Shown: one piece after another, positions 17,456 through 26,056 of the stretch | Numbering within the stretch: the stretch's first letter is position 1 | How the letters are laid out: every line of letters starts with the position of its first letter | IMG/VR virus record: IMGVR_UViG_3300007542_000105 | Span: 1 to 30,561 of that record | DNA: 30,561 nt | Source of the DNA: a virus | Lineage: Duplodnaviria; Caudoviricetes | Reading direction: 5' to 3' (one strand) | Position numbers and translations under genes: made by a program | The notes under the pieces: model-generated | What the model was told of the DNA's origin: nothing | Database searches by the model: none | Seen by the model: only the letters and a program-made list of their open reading frames with translations

Positions 17456-18696
17456 TATAGCTCCTGATACGTTAGAGCGGCTTGCACTTCTGCTGCCGCA
17501 CCAAACGGCATGACGGCCAGGATAAACTCTTCGGGTGTCCCGTCAATCTGGCTGCCCAAATAGAGGGTCAGGTTTAACAGACCGCCGCCCGTACCGCGCG
17601 CATTGCTGCCCACCCCCGAAGCAATCACATACCCCGCGTCTACTAAAACGTCCCAACTATTGTCCGTAATGACATTAGCCGTAGCGCCATAGGCCACTTC
17701 CACCGCGCTATTCGGAACACTTGCATAGGTAAAGGTGCCGGCAATGGTCGGATTGACCAGCAGCATCCACTGGATATTATCGGCGGTCTCTATTAGGAAT
17801 GAGTTACCTATGGGCTGCACCTGCGCATCCAAGTGCGTGCTTTTTAAGCGAATACCTATCGCGGCATAGATCGTATCGGCTACATTAGCGACAATGCCCG
17901 TAGGGCTATTCTCGACCGCATGTATAATGCCGTTAGCTTGCAAGCCACCATTAGACACAATCGAGCTACAAATATGCTGCATGTCGGCGGTCGCGTCCGT
18001 AGAGCGCAGTTCATAGCGCACCGGCAGGTTCGGCGTAGAGATATAGACCGAGGTCTGCCCTGCAACATTGGAATGGTGCGTTTCGTGGACTACGTGCAGC
18101 GTCCCATCAATAAAGAACCCATAGCGCACCGTGCCTACGCCAAGCCACTCGTAATCCAAGTAGAAGATCTGCACTAAGGTCGGGTCGAGCGTGTAGCCTG
18201 ACGGGTTGGTCTCGCCATTGCTCCCGTCGAGCTTGTCCACGTTCCAGTCGGATTGCGCTACCCGGGTATCGACGGTGGCCTTGCGCTCAACGACATAGAT
18301 AACGCCCGCGTCATACTCGAAAAAGAGCCCGTCCGTTTCGGTAAACGATCCAACCCGGGCCTTGACGCCGCTGCCGCCAGCCGCCGCGACTAATTGCGTG
18401 GTATAGTAGCACTCTTGTGCCTTGCCCGGTTGGTAGTTCCAGTGCGTCTTGGTCTGCCGTATAATAACGTCATCGGTCTCTACGTGCATCGTCACCAACG
18501 CATTGGCTGTGCTGTGCGTGCTCGTAGCATTGCCCGAGGTGTTGGTGATCTGCTCATCCCAAAACAGCGGCATCTTATCGTGCAAAAGTTTGGAGTCAAA
18601 GATGGTCTGCGGCTCGGCTACCGTCAGGCGGCCAAACGCATCGCTACCGATAGGCTTGACCAAGGGCGTCTGCTTGATGTTGTTAAATTTGCCCAT
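17455..18696 (-). CDS. Beta-rich conserved viral protein of unknown function, possibly structural
   Basis: 413 aa; DAFGRL.V.EP.TIFDSK, YQPGK, QSDWNVDKLDG, DYEWLGVGTVR.GF motifs that I recall from uncharacterised viral proteins. Confidence 0.7.
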   Translation of the reverse strand: MGKFNNIKQTPLVKPIGSDAFGRLTVAEPQTIFDSKLLHDKMPLFWDEQITNTSGNATSTHSTANALVTMHVETDDVIIRQTKTHWNYQPGKAQECYYTTQLVAAAGGSGVKARVGSFTETDGLFFEYDAGVIYVVERKATVDTRVAQSDWNVDKLDGSNGETNPSGYTLDPTLVQIFYLDYEWLGVGTVRYGFFIDGTLHVVHETHHSNVAGQTSVYISTPNLPVRYELRSTDATADMQHICSSIVSNGGLQANGIIHAVENSPTGIVANVADTIYAAIGIRLKSTHLDAQVQPIGNSFLIETADNIQWMLLVNPTIAGTFTYASVPNSAVEVAYGATANVITDNSWDVLVDAGYVIASGVGSNARGTGGGLLNLTLYLGSQIDGTPEEFILAVMPFGAAAEVQAALTYQEL

Positions 18697-20243
18697 TAGT
18701 TTTCATCCTGCATTGATGCTATGCCAACACCGCCCGCAATCGGTGCCGCTGCGTGTAGTAGGCCGCCACCTGGAGCAAATGCACCATCGTTGCCTATAGC
18801 CGATTTAGCCTGATCGCCCGATAAGGTCACGTAAAGATCACCCTCGTCAGATGTATTTCGTATAATCACACCATCAAACTTACCACTTCTAATCGCATCC
18901 CTAAAGGGGGCACCCTCGCGTCCAAATTGAACCGTCCCTGCTGGCTTTCCCTTTGCATCTATAACAAAAGGCTTTTCTATTCGTAAGAAAACAGGGAATA
19001 CGGGCGCGCTCGATTCTGCGTTGCCTCCACTAAGGTGGCGCGCAAAATGGTCCGCAACTTTTGGCTCAGAAGAAAAGAAGCCCCCAATATTTACGCCGGG
19101 TTCGCCTGAATTAAATGCTGGGAACTCGCTTTGGCGCTGTATCTCATTGATTGGCTCACCTGTATCAATATTCAAATTATTCATACCCTTAAAAACGACC
19201 TGCGGCGAACCATCCTCATTTAAAACCTTGCTATTGCCGAAAAATGATTTGAACTCAGGGGTTTTCACTTGAGGACTACGGCTTAACGCTTGCCCCTCCA
19301 ACGCGCCGGGATTCTCTACCCCCTCGGCCAGTTCAGCCAATCGGGCCTGCCGTGGCGTTGCTGCCTTATTTGTGGCCGCGCCTATAACGCCCAAGTCAAC
19401 TATCTCGGAGGCGTAATTGCCTTTGCTGTCTACCGTGACAATGCCGTCGAATCCATCGCTCAGTAGAGCCTTAGATAGTTCTACGCCCGTTTTGCCGCCA
19501 TACGCTTCGGATAGGGCGCGCTTCCATGCTCTCGTATCGACATGCTCAACGACCAAAGGCTTGTTAAATGTTATTTCCCCTGCCTCCATATTGGGCGGCA
19601 AGTCAAAACGCTGCTCCCTCTGCTGCATGAATCGACCGGCGGGCTCTATGTCTTGGCCAAACCGACTGCCCATATCTGGGGCCTTCTCTGTATTGCGTAT
19701 AAATTCAAATGATACGGGCTTGCCGGTTTCAAAGTCTATGCCTCCGCTTGTCCTGATCTTTGCAGTGGGCACGCCGCTTAATTGTGTTGCCGCCTTGAGC
19801 CCCTTGCTCACCTTGGCTATATCGGCCAATAGCGGCAACGCACCCGCCAGCATACCCGCCGGCACAAAGTCCGTCGCACTCGCTACACCGCCGATACCGC
19901 GCTGCTCTACGCCCTGCTGCATGGATTTAAGGACCGCATTGCCCAGCGCACCCGCAGACGATAGCATCTCGCTCGGGGGTTGGCTTACAAAGTTGCTCAC
20001 GCCTTGACTGATCGCCGGCAACGCCTGCCGCACGCTACGCCCTGCCGCTTCGCCTGATCGGATCGGATCGGCTAAGACGCCTGCAAGGGATGCCACCATA
20101 CCCGCATCGTCTGCCGTGCTGTCTACAATGCCCGTATGGCTCTTGAGCAAGATACCCTCTAAGGCGCGCTGCAGGGCCGACTTCTCGCCCGGTCCTGTGC
20201 CCGTATTACTAAACGCTGGGGTTATGTCGCCTCTCAGGTTCAT
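18696..20243 (-). CDS. Polyvalent-type protein with C-terminal ART-PolyVal-like ADP-ribosyltransferase domain and a second ART-like domain
   Basis: TPEFKSFFGNSKVLNEDGSPQVVFKG...GGFFS...VFPVFLRIEKP...FDGVII...DQAKSAIGNDGAF follows the ART-PolyVal pattern; the upstream domain ends GFDGIVTV...SEIVDL. Confidence 0.72.
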   Translation of the reverse strand: MNLRGDITPAFSNTGTGPGEKSALQRALEGILLKSHTGIVDSTADDAGMVASLAGVLADPIRSGEAAGRSVRQALPAISQGVSNFVSQPPSEMLSSAGALGNAVLKSMQQGVEQRGIGGVASATDFVPAGMLAGALPLLADIAKVSKGLKAATQLSGVPTAKIRTSGGIDFETGKPVSFEFIRNTEKAPDMGSRFGQDIEPAGRFMQQREQRFDLPPNMEAGEITFNKPLVVEHVDTRAWKRALSEAYGGKTGVELSKALLSDGFDGIVTVDSKGNYASEIVDLGVIGAATNKAATPRQARLAELAEGVENPGALEGQALSRSPQVKTPEFKSFFGNSKVLNEDGSPQVVFKGMNNLNIDTGEPINEIQRQSEFPAFNSGEPGVNIGGFFSSEPKVADHFARHLSGGNAESSAPVFPVFLRIEKPFVIDAKGKPAGTVQFGREGAPFRDAIRSGKFDGVIIRNTSDEGDLYVTLSGDQAKSAIGNDGAFAPGGGLLHAAAPIAGGVGIASMQDEN

Positions 20244-22336
20244 CGTGCCGCATCCATTTGTGCTACCTCACTGATACCTTGTGCATCGGATCGCACCTGG
20301 CTTATGAGGCTGTCTTGGTTGGTATTGATATTCGGGCGGCCCGTAGGTGATTGGCTTTGCTCTTGCTGCTCCGCTTGCGCGTGGGCCTGCATGTGGGCTT
20401 GCATCTTCTGGTCTACTGCCTGCACCATCTGCCCAGCGGACGGGTCCAAGCCCGACTGTGCGCGCTGGCGTAGGTTGATATAGAAGGGGTCCTGCTGATA
20501 CGCTTGGTGTATGCCGATATGCGCTTGGTGGTCCTGCTCGGGCAACACGTCGATATTCTGGCCCGTAAAGACCAACTGGTGCTCCAACTGTGCCGCACGC
20601 TGGGCCTCGGGGTTGGAATCGTCGGCCATGACCTTGTCCACGTCCTCGATACCATTGGCTTGTGCCGCCAGCTTGTCGATCTCTTTTTGGTCGAAGTTGG
20701 GCCGCTGGCTTGCATAGGCCACAAACTGCATAGTCCGGTCACGCTCCAACTCGGCATAGAGCGGCTGGGTCGATCCCACGCGGGTCTCCACCTGGAAGTT
20801 CCAAAGGAAGTCCGCAGCCTTGAGCACGCGCAAGACCTTCTCCGATCCAGACGGCGAGACGTTAATCGCAAAGTTGGCCGGCTCATAGCGGGGATCACCC
20901 ATAATCTGCATCATGTTGCGCATACAGGTCTCATAGAACGCCGAAACAGACGCCTCCATCCAGTTGCCATTGATCTGCGCTACACTTGCGACTATAGCCG
21001 CCTCGGTCGCGCTATCTGCCTCTCCGGCCTGCGGGGGCGACAACGCCGCTATCTCCTGCTCTTGCTGACGGAGCAGGTTGTAGTAGTTATACACGTCCGG
21101 CGGCACGCTGCCCTGATCCAGCACCCTGATAGCATTGGGGTCCAGCATCTTTAACAGTTCGCCGTCGCTGCCCGTCTTGTATATCTCCCCTAATTCGGGG
21201 TTGTTTTCCAGTTCACTCTCAGCAATAGATGCCATGCGCGAGGTCCGCTTGAGTAGGTCCGACGCGCGCGTGATCTGCTCGACGATACCGTCCTGTATGT
21301 CCTCCAAGTATCGCAAGTGCGCATTGGGAATAAAGGAGCTATGGTGTAGGTCAAAGCGCAGGAAGATAAACGGAAAGCCCTGCTCTACCAACCAACCCGG
21401 TGCCGGCGAAGGGTTATCTACGTCCAACACGGGGTCGCCTAACTCGCCTGTGACCTCATCCACCTCATAGACCGGCGTGCCCTGTGCGTCCAAGACCTGC
21501 GGAAAACTCTGCTTCTTAAAGGGGTGCTCAATGTCCATTATCGGCTGCTCGACGCCCTTAGCAAACATGACCAATCGCCCGTCCATGCGCATATGCCAGC
21601 GCTCGCACAACACGAAGTCGCCATTAAGCAGCGACTCCCGCTTGGCGCGCGCGTCCTCCGACTCTTGCGTCTCGGTCGAGCCGTTGATCTCGCCGCGTCC
21701 CAACTCCTGCGGGCTCGCATCGCTGCCCGTGGCACGTATGTCCTTCTTGTGCTGTATCTCGGGGTCTTTAAGCAGCATCTCGCGGGGTATCCACATCTTC
21801 TCGCGGATATAGCGCTTGTCGCCCATCCGGTGCGGACTGCCAACGGGGTCGATGTGCACAAAGCCGGGGGCCATGCGCGTGATCTGCGCCACGTCCTCGG
21901 CCATATCGTCGTTGGTCGTATAGGGAGGGATAATCTCGTCGCCGGCTGGGTTGAAGTCTACTCTGGCCACGCCATACCCGGTAAAGAGCGCATCAAATAC
22001 GCACTGGTGAGCGTGCGACTTCATAGAGGTGATCCGCATTAACGCCTGCGCTGTGGCGTCCAGCGTATCCTCTACGTTAAGCTCTTTGGGTGCCTCGTCT
22101 ACGGAGAAGGCCATTTTGGGGTAGTTCAGCGCTACGGTCCCGAGCACCTGCCGCACAATGGGATAGAACCGGCATATCTTGACCACATCGACGGGATCAA
22201 TGTCGCGGATCCGCTTGTCAAACTTCAGGTCGTAGATACGGTGCAACTCTTCCCACTTCTTTTGCAGGTCCGCGTAGTAGCGGTCCAGCATGGCCCCCTC
22301 AGTTTTAAACCATTGTAGTTGTTTAGCGCTCGCCAT
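20240..22336 (-). CDS. Portal protein
   Basis: 698 aa directly after terL; FDALFTGYGVARV, SATEAAIV, Q-rich C-terminal tail with QDHQAHIGIH, as in podoviral portals. Confidence 0.88.
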   Translation of the reverse strand: MASAKQLQWFKTEGAMLDRYYADLQKKWEELHRIYDLKFDKRIRDIDPVDVVKICRFYPIVRQVLGTVALNYPKMAFSVDEAPKELNVEDTLDATAQALMRITSMKSHAHQCVFDALFTGYGVARVDFNPAGDEIIPPYTTNDDMAEDVAQITRMAPGFVHIDPVGSPHRMGDKRYIREKMWIPREMLLKDPEIQHKKDIRATGSDASPQELGRGEINGSTETQESEDARAKRESLLNGDFVLCERWHMRMDGRLVMFAKGVEQPIMDIEHPFKKQSFPQVLDAQGTPVYEVDEVTGELGDPVLDVDNPSPAPGWLVEQGFPFIFLRFDLHHSSFIPNAHLRYLEDIQDGIVEQITRASDLLKRTSRMASIAESELENNPELGEIYKTGSDGELLKMLDPNAIRVLDQGSVPPDVYNYYNLLRQQEQEIAALSPPQAGEADSATEAAIVASVAQINGNWMEASVSAFYETCMRNMMQIMGDPRYEPANFAINVSPSGSEKVLRVLKAADFLWNFQVETRVGSTQPLYAELERDRTMQFVAYASQRPNFDQKEIDKLAAQANGIEDVDKVMADDSNPEAQRAAQLEHQLVFTGQNIDVLPEQDHQAHIGIHQAYQQDPFYINLRQRAQSGLDPSAGQMVQAVDQKMQAHMQAHAQAEQQEQSQSPTGRPNINTNQDSLISQVRSDAQGISEVAQMDAAR

Positions 22337-22345
22337 TATGTCGCC

Positions 22346-23899
22346 CTATTCGCCGTAGCGTTTACGTTTACTGCCATCGTTTACCAACTTTTCCAATAGC
22401 GCCTCGCCGTCGCTCTTTTTTGCTTCGACGCGTATGAGCTTCTTATATAATTTATCTAACATGAGCCCAAAAAGCGAGAGAACATCCACCTGGTCGTCAT
22501 TCTTGCCCACAGGAAACCGCAAGAGTTCCGCTACTAAGTCCGCGGTAAAGGGGGCGTCTTGCGGAAAGTAGACCTTGCTCATAGCCATGCGAGCGCGGAT
22601 AGATTGTGCGCGGGTGGCCTTATCTTTCGTCGGGGTGATCTGCTCCCGATTGAAGTAGACGCCCCGCTCGCGCATACGCTTCTCTATGAACGGGCCAAGA
22701 CTCTTGTTGATCTGCCCGGCTTCTTCCAGCCAGAGGCGAGGCTTCCACACATTCGCCAGGTCTAAGACCTTCTCTATCCATACAGAGCTATCCGTGCGCT
22801 CTCTCCACCAATCCACGATATATAGGTTGTCATCTGAGTCTACAGCCGCTATACCATGCACCGTATAATCCCCCCCATTAGCGGTCACGGCATAGTCTGA
22901 AGCGGCCCAGAACGTACATTTCTTCGGCAACGCGGTATAATACTGCACCCAATCATGCTTGAAATATGCGGTATCATCGGGTATGGGGTCAAGCAGCATT
23001 TGGCAGGCGAAGTTATAGGGCGACATAGCGCGCCGCTTGTCGGCCAACGCTTCGTAGGGCATGAGAACAGGCCGGCCATTCGCCTCTCCGTCATAGGTAG
23101 CCGCATGAATTCGGGGTGTGAGTATGTCGCGCTCTAATATGGTGCCGTAGGTGTCTGTGTCGGCGTAGCGCGTACCGATATAGCGCTGGAACCCTCCATT
23201 GGTGCCCAGGTTAAGCGATACTTCCCATCGGTCCGTGGTTTTCTTCGCCATCTCTGGCGTAGTGACAGACTCCAAAGTCACAACATCGTCATAGATCAAG
23301 CCCCAGAAGTGCTTTGAGGTCGGCTGGCCGTCAACCAATCCCCACGCCTCAACCGTGCTCTCTTTCGGGTTGCTCTTGCGCTTGACTACTATACCGTCAT
23401 CCTCGGACCACTTGGGAGACTCTTTGCGCGGGTTGTCCCATAGTATGTCAGGAAACCACGCCTTTAATAGCTCATTGCTCTCAAACTCGTATTTGATTTG
23501 CCGTAAGAAACCTTTAGCAATAGGGCGGGTATGGCTGAATATGCCAAAGGTCGGCTCTACGCCATTCCATTCGGGCAGGGGATCGTCGCCGTGGGATGCG
23601 AGGATATTCTGTATAGTGAGGCCAAAGGTGATAATGGTGCTTTTGTAGTGCTCGCGCGCCCATAGGTCAAGATACCCGTCTGGGCATAGCTGGACCTCTC
23701 TGCACCGAGCCAACAGCCACGGGTGCTCCATATCCGAGCGACCCATAGCATACCGAAGGAGAAAGTATAAATCAGTCCTGCAATACGTTCTGCAATCGCG
23801 TTCCGCTTCCGGTGGGGAAGAGTTTTTCAAGTCGGTCACGAGCGTCTGATACTGTTCTATGCTCGTGAGATACTTTAGCATCGATAGAGACGTTTGCAT
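22346..23899 (-). CDS. terL: Terminase large subunit
   Basis: Walker-A-like WAREHYKST, Walker-B GLIYDD, coupling motif IGTRY; nuclease motifs ASDYA, GDYT, FPVGKNDDQVD; RBS AAGGAGG. Confidence 0.95.
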   Translation of the reverse strand: MQTSLSMLKYLTSIEQYQTLVTDLKNSSPPEAERDCRTYCRTDLYFLLRYAMGRSDMEHPWLLARCREVQLCPDGYLDLWAREHYKSTIITFGLTIQNILASHGDDPLPEWNGVEPTFGIFSHTRPIAKGFLRQIKYEFESNELLKAWFPDILWDNPRKESPKWSEDDGIVVKRKSNPKESTVEAWGLVDGQPTSKHFWGLIYDDVVTLESVTTPEMAKKTTDRWEVSLNLGTNGGFQRYIGTRYADTDTYGTILERDILTPRIHAATYDGEANGRPVLMPYEALADKRRAMSPYNFACQMLLDPIPDDTAYFKHDWVQYYTALPKKCTFWAASDYAVTANGGDYTVHGIAAVDSDDNLYIVDWWRERTDSSVWIEKVLDLANVWKPRLWLEEAGQINKSLGPFIEKRMRERGVYFNREQITPTKDKATRAQSIRARMAMSKVYFPQDAPFTADLVAELLRFPVGKNDDQVDVLSLFGLMLDKLYKKLIRVEAKKSDGEALLEKLVNDGSKRKRYGE

Positions 23900-24374
23900 T
23901 GACCTCCTTGTCCTTCGCGTAGAGCCCCATGTACTTCATTAGCTTGTCGAGCGCCGCCTGCTTGTCGTATAGCTCAAACTCGGTCTTGAGGATAGGCATT
24001 TGCTCGTTGGCGTCGCCTACAAACTGCACCTCTTGCTTGATCTTTTTGACTGCGCGCATACCATCCGGCCCCATCTGCCTAAAGTCCATTCGGACGTTGC
24101 CGTCCTCGTCGATCGTGTTATACTGGCCCATATCGGCAAAGGCCAACAGTGCCAGCTCACGCAACACAGCACCGGCGGTGATCTCGGCCCTCGACGCCAT
24201 CTCCAGCAGCTTTTCCCGCACTGCTTTGGCTATTTCTGGTTTTTGGAGGTTTTCCCACCCAATCTTAGCCGCAGTGTCTTCGCTGTAACCCGCTGCCAGA
24301 GCAGCCCTTGAGGCGTTGCAGTCTATGCAATACTCACTTATAAACAATGTCTGCTTATCGGTCAGCTTGGCCAT
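23772..24374 (-). CDS. terS: Terminase small subunit
   Basis: LTDKQTLFISEYCIDCNASRAALAAGYS...ENLQKPEI and LYDKQAALDKL, the Terminase_2-type pattern. Confidence 0.93.
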   Translation of the reverse strand: MAKLTDKQTLFISEYCIDCNASRAALAAGYSEDTAAKIGWENLQKPEIAKAVREKLLEMASRAEITAGAVLRELALLAFADMGQYNTIDEDGNVRMDFRQMGPDGMRAVKKIKQEVQFVGDANEQMPILKTEFELYDKQAALDKLMKYMGLYAKDKEVNANVSIDAKVSHEHRTVSDARDRLEKLFPTGSGTRLQNVLQD

Positions 24375-24639
24375 CTTTACCCTGTGTCAACTTGCAATAG
24401 AAGTCGCTGACCTCTTTCAGTGTATCTTTCCCTGTATTATAGTGGACCGGGGCAGTCTCCATCAATTTGCGGAAGATGTTACCTGTGTCATCACCTACGG
24501 GCATCGGTTTCACGTGGAACTCGTCGGGGATATATCGCCGTCCACTTTTATATACCTTGGCCGTGGCGCTAAAGATCGCGTCATAGCCCTCTCGGTATTT
24601 AGCGTTGTCCTCTGGCCTGCGCTTGCTTCCCTTGCTCAT
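24355..24639 (-). CDS. Phage hypothetical protein
   Basis: Start at ATG 24639 (ATGA overlap); MSKGSKRRP...Y.EGYDAIF N-terminus. Confidence 0.65.
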   Translation of the reverse strand: MSKGSKRRPEDNAKYREGYDAIFSATAKVYKSGRRYIPDEFHVKPMPVGDDTGNIFRKLMETAPVHYNTGKDTLKEVSDFYCKLTQGKDGQADR

Positions 24640-24839
24640 TGGTTCCCCACCCATCGATCTGCGGCCGCCTTGTTGCGCCGTAACTTTTGCTCTAACGTCA
24701 ACACCGCCGGCCGCTTGACGATATACGTCACCCGAGGCGTGCTCAGTCCAAACTTAGCCCCGATCTTCTTATAGCTCATGCCGGTAGCGTGTAGGTTTTG
24801 TATAGCCAAGTCTCGGATTGGGGTAGCGTGCTTGGGCAT
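24636..24839 (-). CDS. Small helix-turn-helix protein
   Basis: RDLAIQNLHATGMSYKKIGAKFGLSTPRVTYIV is a clear HTH (sigma region 4/Mor-like). Confidence 0.78.
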   Translation of the reverse strand: MPKHATPIRDLAIQNLHATGMSYKKIGAKFGLSTPRVTYIVKRPAVLTLEQKLRRNKAAADRWVGNQ

Positions 24840-25192
24840 TATACACCCCCTAAGCGCTCATAGTCGCCCACGGTGATAATGTAAGCGGGGGTGTCGTTGA
24901 GGTTGGTGCGTATGCCTTTGGGTGGCGTGAAGGAGTCCTCATTGCGGGCCAGTTGGTCGTAGGCACTGGAAACGCGAGCCAATTCCGCTTTAGTGACGCT
25001 CAATAATTCGACCGCTTCCTTACGCGCGTCACTGGCCTGCTTTTCTCGCTGCTCGGCTAACGCGCGCTGGTTCCGCGCCTCATCCAGCTCATCGCTTGAA
25101 TTATCCTTGGGGGCCGCCGCCAGTTTCGCTTCCAAAACCTTTATGCGGTCCTCTGCGATCTTTAGGTTCTTTTCGAGTGTGCTTTTTAGCAT
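24839..25192 (-). CDS. Coiled-coil hypothetical protein
   Basis: 117 aa with heptad pattern; RBS TAAGGA. Confidence 0.72.
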   Translation of the reverse strand: MLKSTLEKNLKIAEDRIKVLEAKLAAAPKDNSSDELDEARNQRALAEQREKQASDARKEAVELLSVTKAELARVSSAYDQLARNEDSFTPPKGIRTNLNDTPAYIITVGDYERLGGV

Positions 25193-25209
25193 CAGTGCGT
25201 CCTTATGGG

Positions 25210-25461
25210 TTATACCGTTACGTCCTCGTCGCCCGTGTATGGGTTGGGCTGTATAAACGGCTTCACTGCTTCAAATAGCCGATTGGATAACTCTACCGGC
25301 AACTGCACTACCGCCGCATTAAATACCGCCTCGCCTCCTGTATGCCCCCTTGCGGGAATGGCACACTCAAAGGTCACTTTTGCCTCGGGGTCCGTGTAGT
25401 CTATAATCACCCGCTTAACATTCAGTCTTGCGGATATGGTAACAGGTAGAGAGTGTGCCAT
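25210..25461 (-). CDS. Hypothetical protein, probable first gene of the late operon
   Basis: 83 aa; RBS TAAGGA; follows a TATAAT box. Confidence 0.65.
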   Translation of the reverse strand: MAHSLPVTISARLNVKRVIIDYTDPEAKVTFECAIPARGHTGGEAVFNAAVVQLPVELSNRLFEAVKPFIQPNPYTGDEDVTV

Positions 25462-25486
25462 TGTGTCCTTATGGGCTTGGTATCAT

Positions 25487-25518
25487 ATTATACGTCACGT
25501 TACAAGGTGACGTGACAA
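25487..25518 (-). promoter_or_regulatory. Putative late promoter with inverted repeat over the -35 region
   Basis: Perfect TATAAT (25487-25492, minus strand); inverted repeat GTCACGTTAC-AAG-GTGACGTGAC (25494-25516); no consensus -35 at 17 bp. Confidence 0.6.
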
Positions 25519-25630
25519 AGAAGAAATCTGTGGGCTTTTTCGGGAGTCGCTCCCTGCAAGGGTAATCAATTTCCCCGCTACTGTAAAGGGGCATATGCCC
25601 CAATCTGCCATAGTGTACCAAAATATAGCA

Positions 25631-25819
25631 CTATTCGTCCTTGCATGCGGTGAATATATGGTAGTTCATCTCGTCGCGTGCTTCTTCGAGCTTTTTGTCA
25701 CACCGGGCCAAGTATCTCTCGCGTTCCATACGAGAGGCCTCTATTTGCGCCTCAAGTGGGGATTTGCCCCACCAATCGCGGGCTGACTTGTCAATACCCT
25801 CATAGGTGTCCTCTATCAT
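25631..25819 (-). CDS. Hypothetical protein
   Basis: 62 aa; RBS AAGGGGA; abuts the upstream stop. Confidence 0.62.
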   Translation of the reverse strand: MIEDTYEGIDKSARDWWGKSPLEAQIEASRMERERYLARCDKKLEEARDEMNYHIFTACKDE

Positions 25820-26008
25820 TTATTCCCCTTTCATCTGCTCAAGTAGCGCATGGCCCACATCGGCGCGCAATTGCTCTGCCTCGGCCTCCGTTGAGTCAAT
25901 GGGCAAGACATACCGGGCCGCATACCAATCGACGCCGCGCTGGGCAATAGCAAAGCCCACCAACTCGTCATCAATCGCCTGTTCCTGCGTGTATAGTATG
26001 TCCTGCAT
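25820..26008 (-). CDS. Hypothetical protein
   Basis: 62 aa ending KGE, which supplies the next RBS; own RBS weak and start uncertain. Confidence 0.5.
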   Translation of the reverse strand: MQDILYTQEQAIDDELVGFAIAQRGVDWYAARYVLPIDSTEAEAEQLRADVGHALLEQMKGE

Positions 26009-26056
26009 GGTCGTTGCTCTGCGTTTAGTATCTGCGTGTCCATAGTGGGTAAGATA

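Noticed and set aside
4913-22348. TAG stop-codon reassignment: TAG at 4979 and 15845 each read on in frame to CCA-TAA, and the terL TAG is in frame with the portal ATG
   Set aside because: Long genes are intact in the standard code with no internal TAG, and recoding would fuse terL to the portal.
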